From Pseudovirgaria hyperparasitica (taxonomy: Eukaryota), in NCBI GenBank assembly GCA_010093815.1, contig ML996566.1: 64,000 bases of DNA, one strand, 5' to 3'. The notes beneath the pieces are model-generated. The model had not been told where the DNA came from and searched no databases. It saw only the letters and a program-made list of their open reading frames with translations. Below, piece by piece: positions 50,341 to 61,769 of the stretch. Positions within the stretch are counted from its first letter, which is position 1; each line of letters starts with the position of its first letter. A program made the translations under genes and the position numbers.

Positions 50341-51015
50341 TCACTCGACAGCAACTCGCTCGCCCACCTCTTCACTACCAACATCAAACCGAACAAGTCG
50401 CTCAACCCGCACGTCTTGAACGCCCTCTAGCCCTCCCAACCGCAACCCTTCAACCCAGTCCTCCACCCTCTTCCCATCATCCACCCCGCCCGTCGCCCAG
50501 CTCGACACAACCACAAGCTCCGCCCCATCCTCAACCGTCCACCCAAAACCCACCTTCCCCTCCGCACCCACACCCACATCCTCCCTCCTCCCCAGTCTCG
50601 CCACAACCCTCTCCCTACACCGCTCCTCCCCACCAACACGCATCCGCACAACACCCAGCCCATCCCCGCCCAGCGGCAGCACAGCACTCGGTACATCGAT
50701 ATGCACGAGCGACTCGACGGCCATGTAATCGCCTAGGAGACTGAGTAGTTCCTGGTTTTGCGCCGAGGGGATGAAGCCGGAGGTGTGCTGGGCTAGGGAG
50801 GCCCATTGGCCGAGGATGTAGATTTTTGGTGTGGGTTGTTGTGGTGCGTGTGGGTGTGGTGAGGGTGGTGATGGTGGTGATGTGTAGTAGTAAAAGGGGT
50901 GGGATGTGTAGGATTGCATGGCGTGTTTAGCGCGGCGGAGGTGTGATTTTAGGGTTGGGTTGTTGGGGGAGATGGTTGGTGCGAGGGTGAGGGTTGCGAG
51001 TTCGGTGATGGGCAT
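50341..51015 (-). CDS. Putative dimeric alpha-beta barrel (ABM-like) protein
   Basis: 224 aa ORF starting MPITELATLTL with IYILGQWASLAQH..FIPS and a second degenerate repeat (FGWTVED..LVVVSSW). Confidence 0.65.
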   Translation of the reverse strand: MPITELATLTLAPTISPNNPTLKSHLRRAKHAMQSYTSHPFYYYTSPPSPPSPHPHAPQQPTPKIYILGQWASLAQHTSGFIPSAQNQELLSLLGDYMAVESLVHIDVPSAVLPLGGDGLGVVRMRVGGEERCRERVVARLGRREDVGVGAEGKVGFGWTVEDGAELVVVSSWATGGVDDGKRVEDWVEGLRLGGLEGVQDVRVERLVRFDVGSEEVGERVAVE

Positions 51016-51092
51016 GGTTGTGGTTGTGGTTGTGGTTGTGGTTGTGGTTGTGGTTGTGGTGGTGGTTGTGGTTGTGGTGGTGGTTGTGGTTG
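51016..51092. repeat. (GGTTGT)n / (ACAACC)n hexanucleotide microsatellite abutting the start codon of the ABM-like gene
   Basis: About 12 near-perfect units directly 5' of the ATG at 51015. Confidence 0.95.
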
Positions 51093-51324
51093 GAAGGGTT
51101 GTATTTGGGTTTGTGGTGGGAAGGGAGGGAGGGAGTGGGTTGTGCTTTTATAGCGTTCTTTTATTTCTATTGGCCATATCAGGGTGATGTTGGATGGATT
51201 GGTTTTTTTTGGCAGGCAGGCAGACGACGGGCTCCGTCATCCTTTTTCAGGCTCCAAGATGCCGACGCGGCCTCGCGCACGTGACATGCCGATCAAAAGG
51301 GGGGAGGCTCATTTAGATCTAGCT

Positions 51325-51384
51325 TCATAGAGTGCTGTTTTGAGTGAATATCTGGGTTGGGTTCCAGCTTGTGCGGTAGTGATG

Positions 51385-51425
<41 letters not shown>

Positions 51426-53744
51426 GCTGTGGCGGAAGCGTGGCATTATCAACGTAGCTCTGCCAGAAGCTATTATCGATATCGGCAAACAGCCCGCCGT
51501 TCAGCGCGCTCAAGTCATCCATGAACGCCCAGTCCGCGGACCCGGCGCCAGGGGTGCTATTGCTCTGCAGAAAGGGCGTCGCGGAGGCACTGGCGGCGCT
51601 ACTCGCCGACGCAGCGAACGGGAACGGGCGGTCCTCGATCCAGCTCTTGAACATGGTGATGCGGCGGGAGATGTAGAGGAAGAGGTCGTTTTCGGTGAGG
51701 CCGGCCTCCTTGGGGGCGCGATTGAAGCGGGTGATGAGCTCGTCCATGATGTGGGAGGGGTCGATGACCTGGTACATGTGGGACTTGCTGCTGCGGTCGC
51801 CGTCGGCGCGGAAGAGCTTGGACATGACGATGAGCATTTCGCCCAGGTAGGCCCAGTGCGTCATGGGGAGGTCGTAGAACTGGGCGGGCGCGATCTTGCA
51901 GTGGACTTCCATGGTCTGGGAGATGGCTTGTAAGCATTTGTAGAGGTAGTCCGAGGAGGCTGCTATGCTGTCGCGGGCTTCGTGGTCGTGGGTTTTGAGC
52001 GAGCTGTAGTAGGCGTATTCGTAGAGGTGGATTTCGGCGGTGCCGGCGGCGACTTGGGCGACGTATGGGACGGCGAACTCGTTGAGTTCGGGGGTTAGGG
52101 TTGAGTCTTGGAGGGCTGTCTTGATTTCGTGGAGCTTGTTTGCCATGGAGGCGACGTAGAAGCCTAGAGGTGCTCTGCCTGATCCGCCACTTTCGAGGTC
52201 GCTTGTGCTGTTTGAGCCTATCTGTTCGCAGAACTGCTGCAGGCGGACGAGGTGGACGAGTCGTGCATCGAATGGACTGTCCTTTGCTTCGAGGAGTTTC
52301 TTACAGCAGTCGTCCATGTATGTTGTGTATCTCGGTCCATCCATGGCTCTGAACGACTTGGAGAGTCTGGATGAAGTGTTAGCAGCTGGAAGGCTTGACA
52401 GAGTTGCCCTTGACTCACACTGAATGGAGGTAGAAACATCCTAGCAGTGCTCTCATGTGATCAGGAGAGTCTTGCGTCCGATTGGCAGATTCGCCGTGTG
52501 CCATGCGTCGTGTGAATGAGTCTACACCTCTCCTCTCACGAGACTGTGGTGCTCTATTCAAGCCGAGTTCAACGGACAGTGCAAATCCGAGATGGAGGAG
52601 GTTCGTAAGCTGTGGGATGCAGAAGACGAAGGGCTGGTACCAAGCAACCAGAACAAGAATGGACTGGAGAAGATCCAAAGTCTTTTCTCCTTTCAACATG
52701 AGTCGATGGACCATCTCAGCAACGAGACGTTTCTGCATCTCCCTCTGGTCGTGGAGGTTCTTCCACGACGCAAGAGCAACCATCTCCTTGAACAAGAATG
52801 GGTTGACATGCTTCGTCTCGCCCGCAGGCTTGTCGTGTGGATGGTAGACAAAGGGGAAATGCGGTAGCATCTGCGTGAGGAAATGATTATAGAGCGTCTC
52901 GACAGAAGCATCCACAGGCATCATGACGTTGATGGATGATGAGTCGGGTTCCGGCAGTTGCGTATCTCGACCATCCCTATCTCTGGTTGTCGACGAGGCA
53001 GACACGGAGGTGGCTGGCGTGGCAACCTGCATGTGCTCGCCGCTGTCCTTCCTCTGGTTGAGCAGGTTGAAGAGGCCGTCGATTTTCTTCTCGAGCTGTG
53101 CAACCCTCGTCTCCTTTGCTCGTCTCTTCCTGGGACCTGGAGCGGGTTGCTGGGGCATACACGTCTTGTTGAGTCTCCGGCATCTGCTTCAGTTAGTGAT
53201 TCGTTGCAGTGACGGTCGAACATGAGACTAGTATAAGCGTTTTAATAGAGCTAGCCAGAAGAGAGACACAGGCACATATATTGATAGATATAATGCATGT
53301 AAAGCGGTTATACAGTGACCAGAGAAACAATTGACAGGCAAGAAGGTACATTAGAAGTAGAGAAGACAGCAGACTGGTGTGATGTGCACGCGGGAGGTGA
53401 CATATCAAAAACATATCGGGCAGAAACAAGCTGTGCAAGGAATCTACATTGGGGAGAACAGAAATTGAACAGTCAAAAGACATGCAGGGTTGGCACTCCA
53501 GACCTTATCACTTAGAGAGTTATCAGGCCGTGGAGCTTGATCATGAATTGAAGACATATAAAAAGAACACCTACCTATCACAAGGATCACTACTGCCACT
53601 GCCGGGCCGAAAAGTACACTTTATTTTTGTGACGGCGCACTGCCGGCAAGCTCGAGGATGTCTTGTGTTGTTGGAAGGGGCCGGACCATCATCACCACCA
53701 TCAACACCATCGTCCACGTCGTCCATCTGCTCAGGAGAGCTCAT
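51325..53744 (-). CDS. Zn(II)2Cys6 transcription factor
   Basis: Spliced cluster RACRQCAVTKIKC-x8-CDR|CRRLNKTC (intron ~53184-53574), coiled coil RVAQLEKKIDGL, fungal TF middle region (PHFPFV, RALLGCFYL) and an acidic C-terminus. Second intron ~52369-52418. (QT)n tract at 51386-51424. Confidence 0.92.
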
Positions 53745-54892
53745 GATGGCTGCTGACTACCGGTACGGAAACGGAGAAGTCGAAAAGTCCAGAGGGAAAG
53801 AAGAGTTGTGATAACGCAAGACGGACGGGCTTACTGGAATTCTCCTGACGAGCATGATGAAGCAAGTATAGTATATCCAAGATGACGGTCGGAGTCGGGG
53901 CCGAGAGTCTCTCCGTCGGAGCCGGCGGAGTATGCCGCGCGGCTCGGCCGATGGAATCCTTCGCACTTTGATATCCATCCTTGGGAGAAGGAAGACATGT
54001 CATTGTTTTGACTATTATAAGATTTCTCTACGCTAGAGATATAGAAGGATGGTAGGGTCGTTTAGTGATTATCTTTAGATATACGATATTCTTGGTTGTG
54101 TATATAAAGGCTTGGTCGCTATTTCGGAGTCGGACCTTACTAGAGACGCCGTCCGGTGCAGACCTCTTTAAATGCATTCGCCGCAAACAGCATACCCTTC
54201 CGACTATTAATTAATCCTGTTCTTATAATCATCTGTCACAACCCACGATTCACCACGTCTCACGGCTGTCAGCGTCCAGGTATCTCTCTTACGTAAAACC
54301 CCTCTCATGCAGAGCACTGTGTCGCTGTGTCACTGTGAGAAGAATGCTGGCTACGGAGATAATTCGGACGAGGCCGTTGGACGTCTGTGTATATATCAGT
54401 GCACCGACAAGGAGTGTTGACGAAGATGCATTTTCTAAAAGACTAATGCGGTAGCTGGATGAGTGTCGGAAAGTGAAAGGGGGTTAGGTCAGCAAAGACG
54501 AATTGCCTAAAACCGACATTCGAGTTGCCGACACCCCAAGTCCCACAAAGTAGTCTGACCAATCACCGTCCAGCACCCCGCGTTTCGACCAATCCCACGT
54601 CGGTTTCCAGTCCACCAGTATAGGATCCGAATTCGAGGGTGAGCATTGCCGTCCGTGAGTAGTGATACTGAAGTCCTTTTACACCGCGTATATATTCTCA
54701 CCATCACCTTCAAATCACCACATAAACCCTCGCATATAATACCAAATCCTTTGGGCCATCTCATTAATCAAACAGCTTTTGCTTGACAAAGACATAAATA
54801 TCTTTTTATATCTATTTATTAATTCATTGTCAGCATCTACCGACGTCATCTTGTCTCCGCGGCGCGGTAACGGGGCGCGTGCTTCTTCGAAC

Positions 54893-56999
54893 ATGTCAAA
54901 CTATGACATCGTCATTGTTGGTGCTGGGCCGGTGGGTCTGATGCTATCGTCGTGTCTGGCAAGATGGGGATACAAGATCAAACACATCGACAACAGAGCA
55001 GAACCGACGGCGACCGGCCGCGCAGACGGCATCCAGCCCCGATCACTGGACCTGCTCCGGAACATGGGACTCAAACGACAGATCATGGCACACGAGCCTG
55101 CGAAAGTTTACGAGGTGGCCTTCTGGGACCCTGCATCCAAGGGGATTGAGAGGACTGGCACGTGGCCCAGCTGTCCAAAGTTCATCGATGCGCGATATCC
55201 GTTCACGACGCTGCTGCATCAGGGGCTGATAGAGCGGGTGTTCATCGAGGACATTGAGAAGAACGGCACGCACATTGATCGTCCGTGGACAATCACTGGC
55301 TTCAAGAACGACGGCAAGGATCCCAAGTATCCTGTTGAGGTCAGCCTGGCGCACGTGGACGGCTCTCAAAAGGAGACGGTGCGAGCAAAGTATCTGTTCA
55401 GCGGCGAGGGCGCCAGGAGCTTTGTGCGCGAGCAGCTCAAGATTCCCATGATCTACAGAGACCCTATCGCGCATGTTTGGGGTGTGATGGACGGTGTCGT
55501 CCGGACGAACTTCCCCGACATCAAGGTAAGCAAACACTGAAAACCACAAGAACAAAAAAGACATCCACGCTCGTTCACTCACTCACTCACCGCAGATGAA
55601 ATGCACCATCCACTCCGACACCGGGTCCATCATGGTCATCCCGCGCGAAAACAACATGGTCCGGCTGTACATCCAGATCGCCTCGTCGACAGACAAGGAC
55701 TGGAACCCGCGCAAGACGGCAACGGCAGAGGAAGTGCAGGCGCACGCCCAGCAGATCTTCAAGCCCTACCACATCTCCTGGGACCGCATCGAGTGGTTCT
55801 CCGTCTATCCGATCGGGCAGGGCATCGCGGAGCGCTACACGCTCGACGAGCGCGTCTTCATGGGCGGCGACGCCTGCCACACGCACTCGCCCAAGGCCGG
55901 CCAGGGCATGAACACGGCCTTTCTCGACGCCGTCAACCTGGCCTGGAAGATTCACCACGTCGAGGCCGGCCTGGCATCGCGCGCCCTCCTCGCAACCTAC
56001 GAGTCCGAGCGGCGCGAGATTGCAGACTCGCTCCTCGCCTTTGACGCCAAATACGCAAAGCTCTTTTCCGAACGCCTGCCGTCCGCCGGCGAAGTCGGCG
56101 CCGCATCCTCCACATCCACATCATCCCCCCCCGCCGCCCCCGAAAACGCCTTCATAACCACCTTCAAAGAATCCTGCGAATTCACCTCGGGCTACGGCGT
56201 CGCCTACGCGCCCAACCCGCTCAACTGGTCCCCCGACCACCACCCCTTCCAGCACCCGCTCTTCCGCTCCCGCGCCGGCACCGGCACCGGCACCACCACC
56301 CTCCTCCGCCCCGGCCGCATCCTCCCCCCGGCCACGGTAACCCGCGTCGTCGACGCAAACGAGCGCCACCTCGAGCACGAAATCCCGCTCAACGGCGCCT
56401 TTCGCCTCTACGTCATGGCCGGCGACGCCGTGCACCGTGCGCCTGCGCGGGCCGCGCTCGCGGATTTCGCGGCTTGCGTGGCGGCAAAGGGCTCGTTTTT
56501 GCGCTGTTTTGCGAGGCCCGGTGCGTTTGCGGATGGTGCTGGTGTCTCCTCGTCTACGGATGGTGCTGGTGTCTCGTCTTTGGATGCTGCTGCTGCTGGT
56601 GATGCTGCCGATGATGCAAGCACCGCGTACGCCGCATCCCCAGCATCATACCACGAGCGGCACACGCCGCACTCGCCCTTCTTCAGCCTTGCGATCGTGC
56701 TGGCGGCCGCGCGGCGCGATATCGACATTGCGCGCGATGTGCCGGGGGTACTGGCGCGGTATCGCGATAGCGTGTATGCGGATGATGTGTGGGATGCGCG
56801 GGTGCCGGATGCGGGGGCGGCGGCGCATGCGAAGTTTGGGGTTGGGACGGAGGAGGGTGCGGTGGTGGTGGTGAGGCCGGATGGGTATGTTGGGTGTGTG
56901 GTTGGGTTGGTGGAGGGGAGGGGGACGGTGGAGGCGTTGGATGGGTATTTTGGGGCGGTTGTGGGGAGGCGGATTGGGGGGGAGAGGGCGGGGTTGTGA
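54893..56999 (+). CDS. FAD-dependent monooxygenase, phenol 2-monooxygenase family
   Basis: [32 protein letters not shown] (intron 55526-55595), [28 protein letters not shown], and C-terminal thioredoxin-like [10 protein letters not shown]. Confidence 0.93.
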
Positions 57000-59967
57000 G
57001 TGTTGTTGTGGTTGTGATGGGCGTGGATTGTGTTTTGGGTATATGGGTGGATTGATGTGGTGGTGGTGGTGATGTGTGTAGTTTGACGATAGGGGGTCAG
57101 GGGGTCAGGGCGTAACAGCGGTGTTTTTGAGAAGTAGATGGCGTTGGTATTGTTAATTGAGACTTGAGCCTTGAGACATTCGAAGATAGAAGAGCATTGC
57201 AAAGTCATCTATCCATTATAGCAGACAGTATTACGAAGTAGCGTGTCGTGAACATAGGTTTCTGCCATCGCCATGTCTCCTCCAAGTCATCCCTTACCAA
57301 CATGGAAACCTCACAGCAGCGTCGTTATAATTAGCTGACAATCCCAGATCCAGTCAAATCTGCTGCACACACACACCTCTAGACATACATACACATCCAC
57401 ATACACAACGCCATGCACGCACGCACGCACGCACGGCATTCTCGACCCCAGTCAGGGGTCGATGCGGACAATCCACTGCACCTCCACCTACCTCCTCCAC
57501 CCCGACCTCGACCTCCATCTCCAGCACAGCACGCACGCGCCAGGTGGTGCCAGCAAGCACAGCAAGCCTCCGAACAAGACGAACAGGCAGATATATAGAC
57601 AGGACAGTCGTACGAAGAATGTGATACTTACTAGTAGACCTTTTCTGGGGTCTGATACTAGCGGGATTATGCGCCAAGAGGGGGGTGAGACGACGGGGTT
57701 CTTGGAGAAACGGGTTAGGTAGTATTGCGTTGTTGTCTTGAGTGAATGAATGAATGAATGAATTAATGACTTAATGAAGTTGCGTATGTATTGACGACCG
57801 AGGACTTGACGAGGCTAGAATATTCCAAGAAAGGGGAGGGAGGAGGCTGGGCGGTTGGTTCTAGGGCGAGTATACTGTACACCAGCCACGGCTCCGACAG
57901 TGAGGATGCGGCATGCATTTACATCCATGCCACTACATCCTGCATGTCTCGGAATTGACGTCTGTCTGTCTGATGACATGACAGACAGACAGTCGAGCAG
58001 GATTCACAGCATCATTTGCACACACAACAAGACAGAGAGTGTAGATCTTCCGTCTGGAGGTCATGCGGGTGCTAATCTTATCTTATCTCAGCTCAGCCCA
58101 TCTCATCTCATCTTGTCCTGTCCTGTCCTGTCCCTCATTACATACTACATACAGTAGACGCAGGAGGGAAGTACCGAGAAGGCAAAGGCCAAGGTCAAGG
58201 TCAAGGTCAATGTCAAGGTCAAGGATAAGCTTCGATCCCAGCCCCCCCTGGCTTCACGCTTTAGGATAGATGGATGGATGTAGTGTGTAATTATTAATTA
58301 ATTATGTAGAGAAGAAGAAGTAGGCGGTGTTGAGGCACAGCAAAGCACATTGAGAACAGCACAGCACAGAGCGCGCCGTCTGTTCGCATGCATATTAGGT
58401 CGAGGGGCGGCGCAGCAGGTTCCACTACTCCCTCCCCTCACTCACCCTCAGGTCGGTCCACAGCGGGAGTCAGTCCATACATACACCGCATGGCATGCTT
58501 GACCTGCATACGATGTGTTGTTGTTGGATATGTTCTTGTCCATACCAATTATTTAGGACTTGGTGGCAGTCAGGATAAAGCATTTGGACACTGGACAGTC
58601 TGATAGCCACTCCCAGCCGCCTCAGTCTCGAGTGTGACGGGCGGCAGCAGTAACGTCGAGACCAGGTGATTCGTTAATTAAGCAAAAGGCAGGGATTTCT
58701 CTGCGACAGTAGTCTCTCTATACACAGCATGTAACTAACCAACTAATTAACTACTGTATGTATATGTATATGTATGGTACCGACGAGTTTGGCGAGGCGC
58801 GCGGACGACCTTTGGGGCCAATTCCAGCCAATTCTCGACTGACGACCTTGCATGGAACGTGGACAAGCTTTGAAACTTGTAGTCTTGTACAGCCGTGACA
58901 CAGCAGGCTTCACTTGCATTGTCGTATTCCTCGTCCTCGTCCTCTCATCCTCAATGTCTTCACTCAGGATCCGACATGAGGTAGCGGATCTTCAGCATCA
59001 GCAGTAGTAGTAATGCAGCATTCAAAGTAAGATGATAATGAAGGCAAAAGGTGGATGGCCGGTCAGCAGACTAACATTGCGATTACTGCGTCGATCACGT
59101 GGGTTCTGTACTATTAGTACACAAATGGACTAGTGCTATAGGGGTGTGGTGATACGGGGACAGGGTACAGGGTACAGGGATTGAGAGATGCAGGGGCGAC
59201 CCACTATTTTCAGGCACCGGATTGGTTAAAGGGGCTGCGTCGTCATTGGTTGAATGTCCAGGGTCGTTAGTCGGGTGGCAAACTGGAGGACGCTCGGGTG
59301 AGGCAACTAGTATGTATTGAGTCTAGCGGGCTACCTACAACCAATTAGAGGCCGTGATGCCTGCTGCGTCGGCCCCCCGCCTTCCAATCACGGCATCTCC
59401 ACTCGCTTCTCATTCGCTCTTTCCTCGCTCCTCCATGTTGGTCGCAAGGCAGTCAACAGAGTCAACTGGCCAACACGGTCGATGGTTGATGGTCGATGGC
59501 TCCTTCCATTTCTCTCCGGCCCAACTCACGGACCCTCCCCCCCCCTCTCTCTCTCTCCGTCCGCCCCAAAATCTCGTTTCCGTCGTCTCTGCTCGTCTTT
59601 CGCCTTCCACTCGTCCACTCGTCCACTCATCCATCAATCCAGATTCACTGCTATTCATTCAGTTCGTCGCCAGCCTCAACTCTTCTACTTTCTATCTTCG
59701 CCATCTACTGCTTCTGCTATTCTCATCGCAATCGCAACTCTCGCCCTTCTGTTCGACCAGTCTGCCTTCTCCGCCGAGCTCTCTTTGCCTTGCTCTCCTC
59801 ACAACAACAACAACCCACACCGCCCCTTTGTTTGGCCGCCTCTGTTGTTTGTCAGCCCAGACCTCTCTCTCTCACTTCGACAACGAGCCCTCTTTGACTC
59901 GACCGCTTCTCCATCGCACCCTCGAGAACAATAAACAAACACGCATATATACTTCCTCTCTACAATC

Positions 59968-60647
59968 ATGGCGAGCTACTACTACGGCGCCCAGAGCCAT
60001 TCATCACACATGCATGGCCACTCGTCACACAACCACCATGGTGGCCGCTCTCGCCGAGCCCCGCGCCTATCCGCCGCAAACAACCACAAGCAGTTCCGTG
60101 CCGTCCGGAGCCCAAAAGAAGTCGTCGAGACTGTAAATATCATCTCTTTCCGACGGGACTTTGAGGCTGCTCGATCCTTCGATCTCGAGGACGACGAGCT
60201 CTTCTGTCCATTCCATCTCCTAACCGAGGACGACGTAAGTATTTGAACCTCTATCCAGTTCTCCCCCCCAACCAAAGCTATACGCATCGTCAAGTTTGCT
60301 CGCATCCATTCTGACATGCATTGGAATAGCTTCAATCCATCCACTCGTCAGGCTCTGACCGCTCTTCGCTGTCGAGCGGCTCTCCTGCTTCCTCTCCCCT
60401 GCAACACCAGCTGCAGCCCACCCCCACCTTTGTATTATCAGCCTCGTCCAACAACACCTACACTCCGCCATCCTACCAGTCTCAACCCTCTTCGCAACCA
60501 AACATCCACCAGCCTCTAGCTCAACGAACACGCAACGCCATTCCAATCGTCAACCCTTCCACCCGTACTGTCGCCTCACCGCCGCCCTCGGTCTCCCCGG
60601 CGAGGCAGATGCAGTACATTAACAACAACAACAACCGCCAGTGGTAA
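59968..60647 (+). CDS. Conserved-looking His/Ser/Pro/Gln-rich hypothetical protein
   Basis: Exon 1 ...FRRDFEAARSFDLEDDELFCPFHLLTEDD, intron 60235-60329 (GTAAGT..CTGAC..TAG), exon 2 LQSIHSSGSDRSSLSSGSP...RNAIPIVNPST...RQW*. Confidence 0.82.
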
Positions 60648-61769
60648 ACCCCCTTGCCGGCAAGGAGTGGAACCTGAGCTGATGATTTTAATTCGACTTG
60701 CTGCATTTCCTGCGTGCTTCGTTGCTAGACTGGTCGGTGCCCTTTCTTTGCGGATCTTCTAATACACCGCCAATACCCCAGGAGTATCCGCCTCTTTCTC
60801 CACTTCTGTACAAATCAAATCTCACCTTACCCCGATATCGCCCTCGTACAAAGGGGCCCCTCCACACCATACACCATCACGGGCAACGGCGTTTGCAATG
60901 TAGCGACATAGTTCCTTGGTCTTTACGATTTAGCGAACTAGACTATTCGCATCTGGCTTCCATGTTTCTTGTTCTTGCTGCGACTTGGCGGCTTAATGCG
61001 CATCACGGCGGTCTTCCCTTTTCATCTTCCACTCAAATCGTAACGCATTCGGTGTTTGGGCTCCATCTCTCTGACGACGACGAAACCTGAAGAATTCTCC
61101 AAAAAATGTTGGTACTGATAAATCCCGGCTTTACCCTTCTGTATGCTCATGTTTCAAATCAATCTTGTGGCCGTGCTCCACCGCAGCGGTCTATGTCATC
61201 ATGGGTAGATACTTGTTCTCTTTTGTTGGAAATCTATACAAGCGGCGGAGCCTCATGGGGTGTGTGTATGTGTGTGTGTCTCTTTTTTTGATCGTCGGGA
61301 TTCTGGGCGCGCGGTTGACGGTGTTTTGATGACTTGGTGGGGTGGTTCGACGCTGGGCTGGTATACCGACCCGGCTGGCTATTGCGCGGGATTGTCAATT
61401 GTCATTTTGGGACGGAGTGATGTCAATTACCGGGGGGCTCATCTTAACGTGGAATGCATATATCTAAAGCGATCCTACGACTGCCAGTATGGCTATATAT
61501 GAATGGCAATATTATCTCGACTTTACCTTGCTACCTGGCTCTATCTTGACTTGGTCTTGACGTGCAATTATCTCTCATGGTCCATCCATGACCCAAGAAA
61601 GTATGTACGGGAGATATGATATCATCAATCGATCATGTAGCACGTTCGATTACTGGCATCATTATTTCATTCTCACCTACTATATAGGTCATGAGTACTG
61701 CTCCAGGTCAGCATAATCACAAAGAACCTCCCCCAAATAACTTTTTCAACACCCCCCCCCAATCCAGAA

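Noticed and set aside
50918..51284. Poly-Val and (WL)n ORFs resembling membrane proteins
   Set aside because: Artefacts of the (GGTTGT)n repeat.
52091..52104. GGGTTAGGGTT telomere-like motif
   Set aside because: Fewer than two units and inside the TF coding sequence.
56408..57208. 266-aa antisense ORF over the monooxygenase
   Set aside because: Shadow ORF caused by high GC and codon bias of the sense gene.
57960..57992. Hairpin CTGTCTGTC...GACAGACAG
   Set aside because: Formed by two short complementary tetranucleotide SSRs. There is no TSD or MITE structure.
59317..60136. Long + strand ORFs upstream of or overlapping the 59968 gene
   Set aside because: Non-ATG starts in a pyrimidine-rich leader that lacks stops for compositional reasons.
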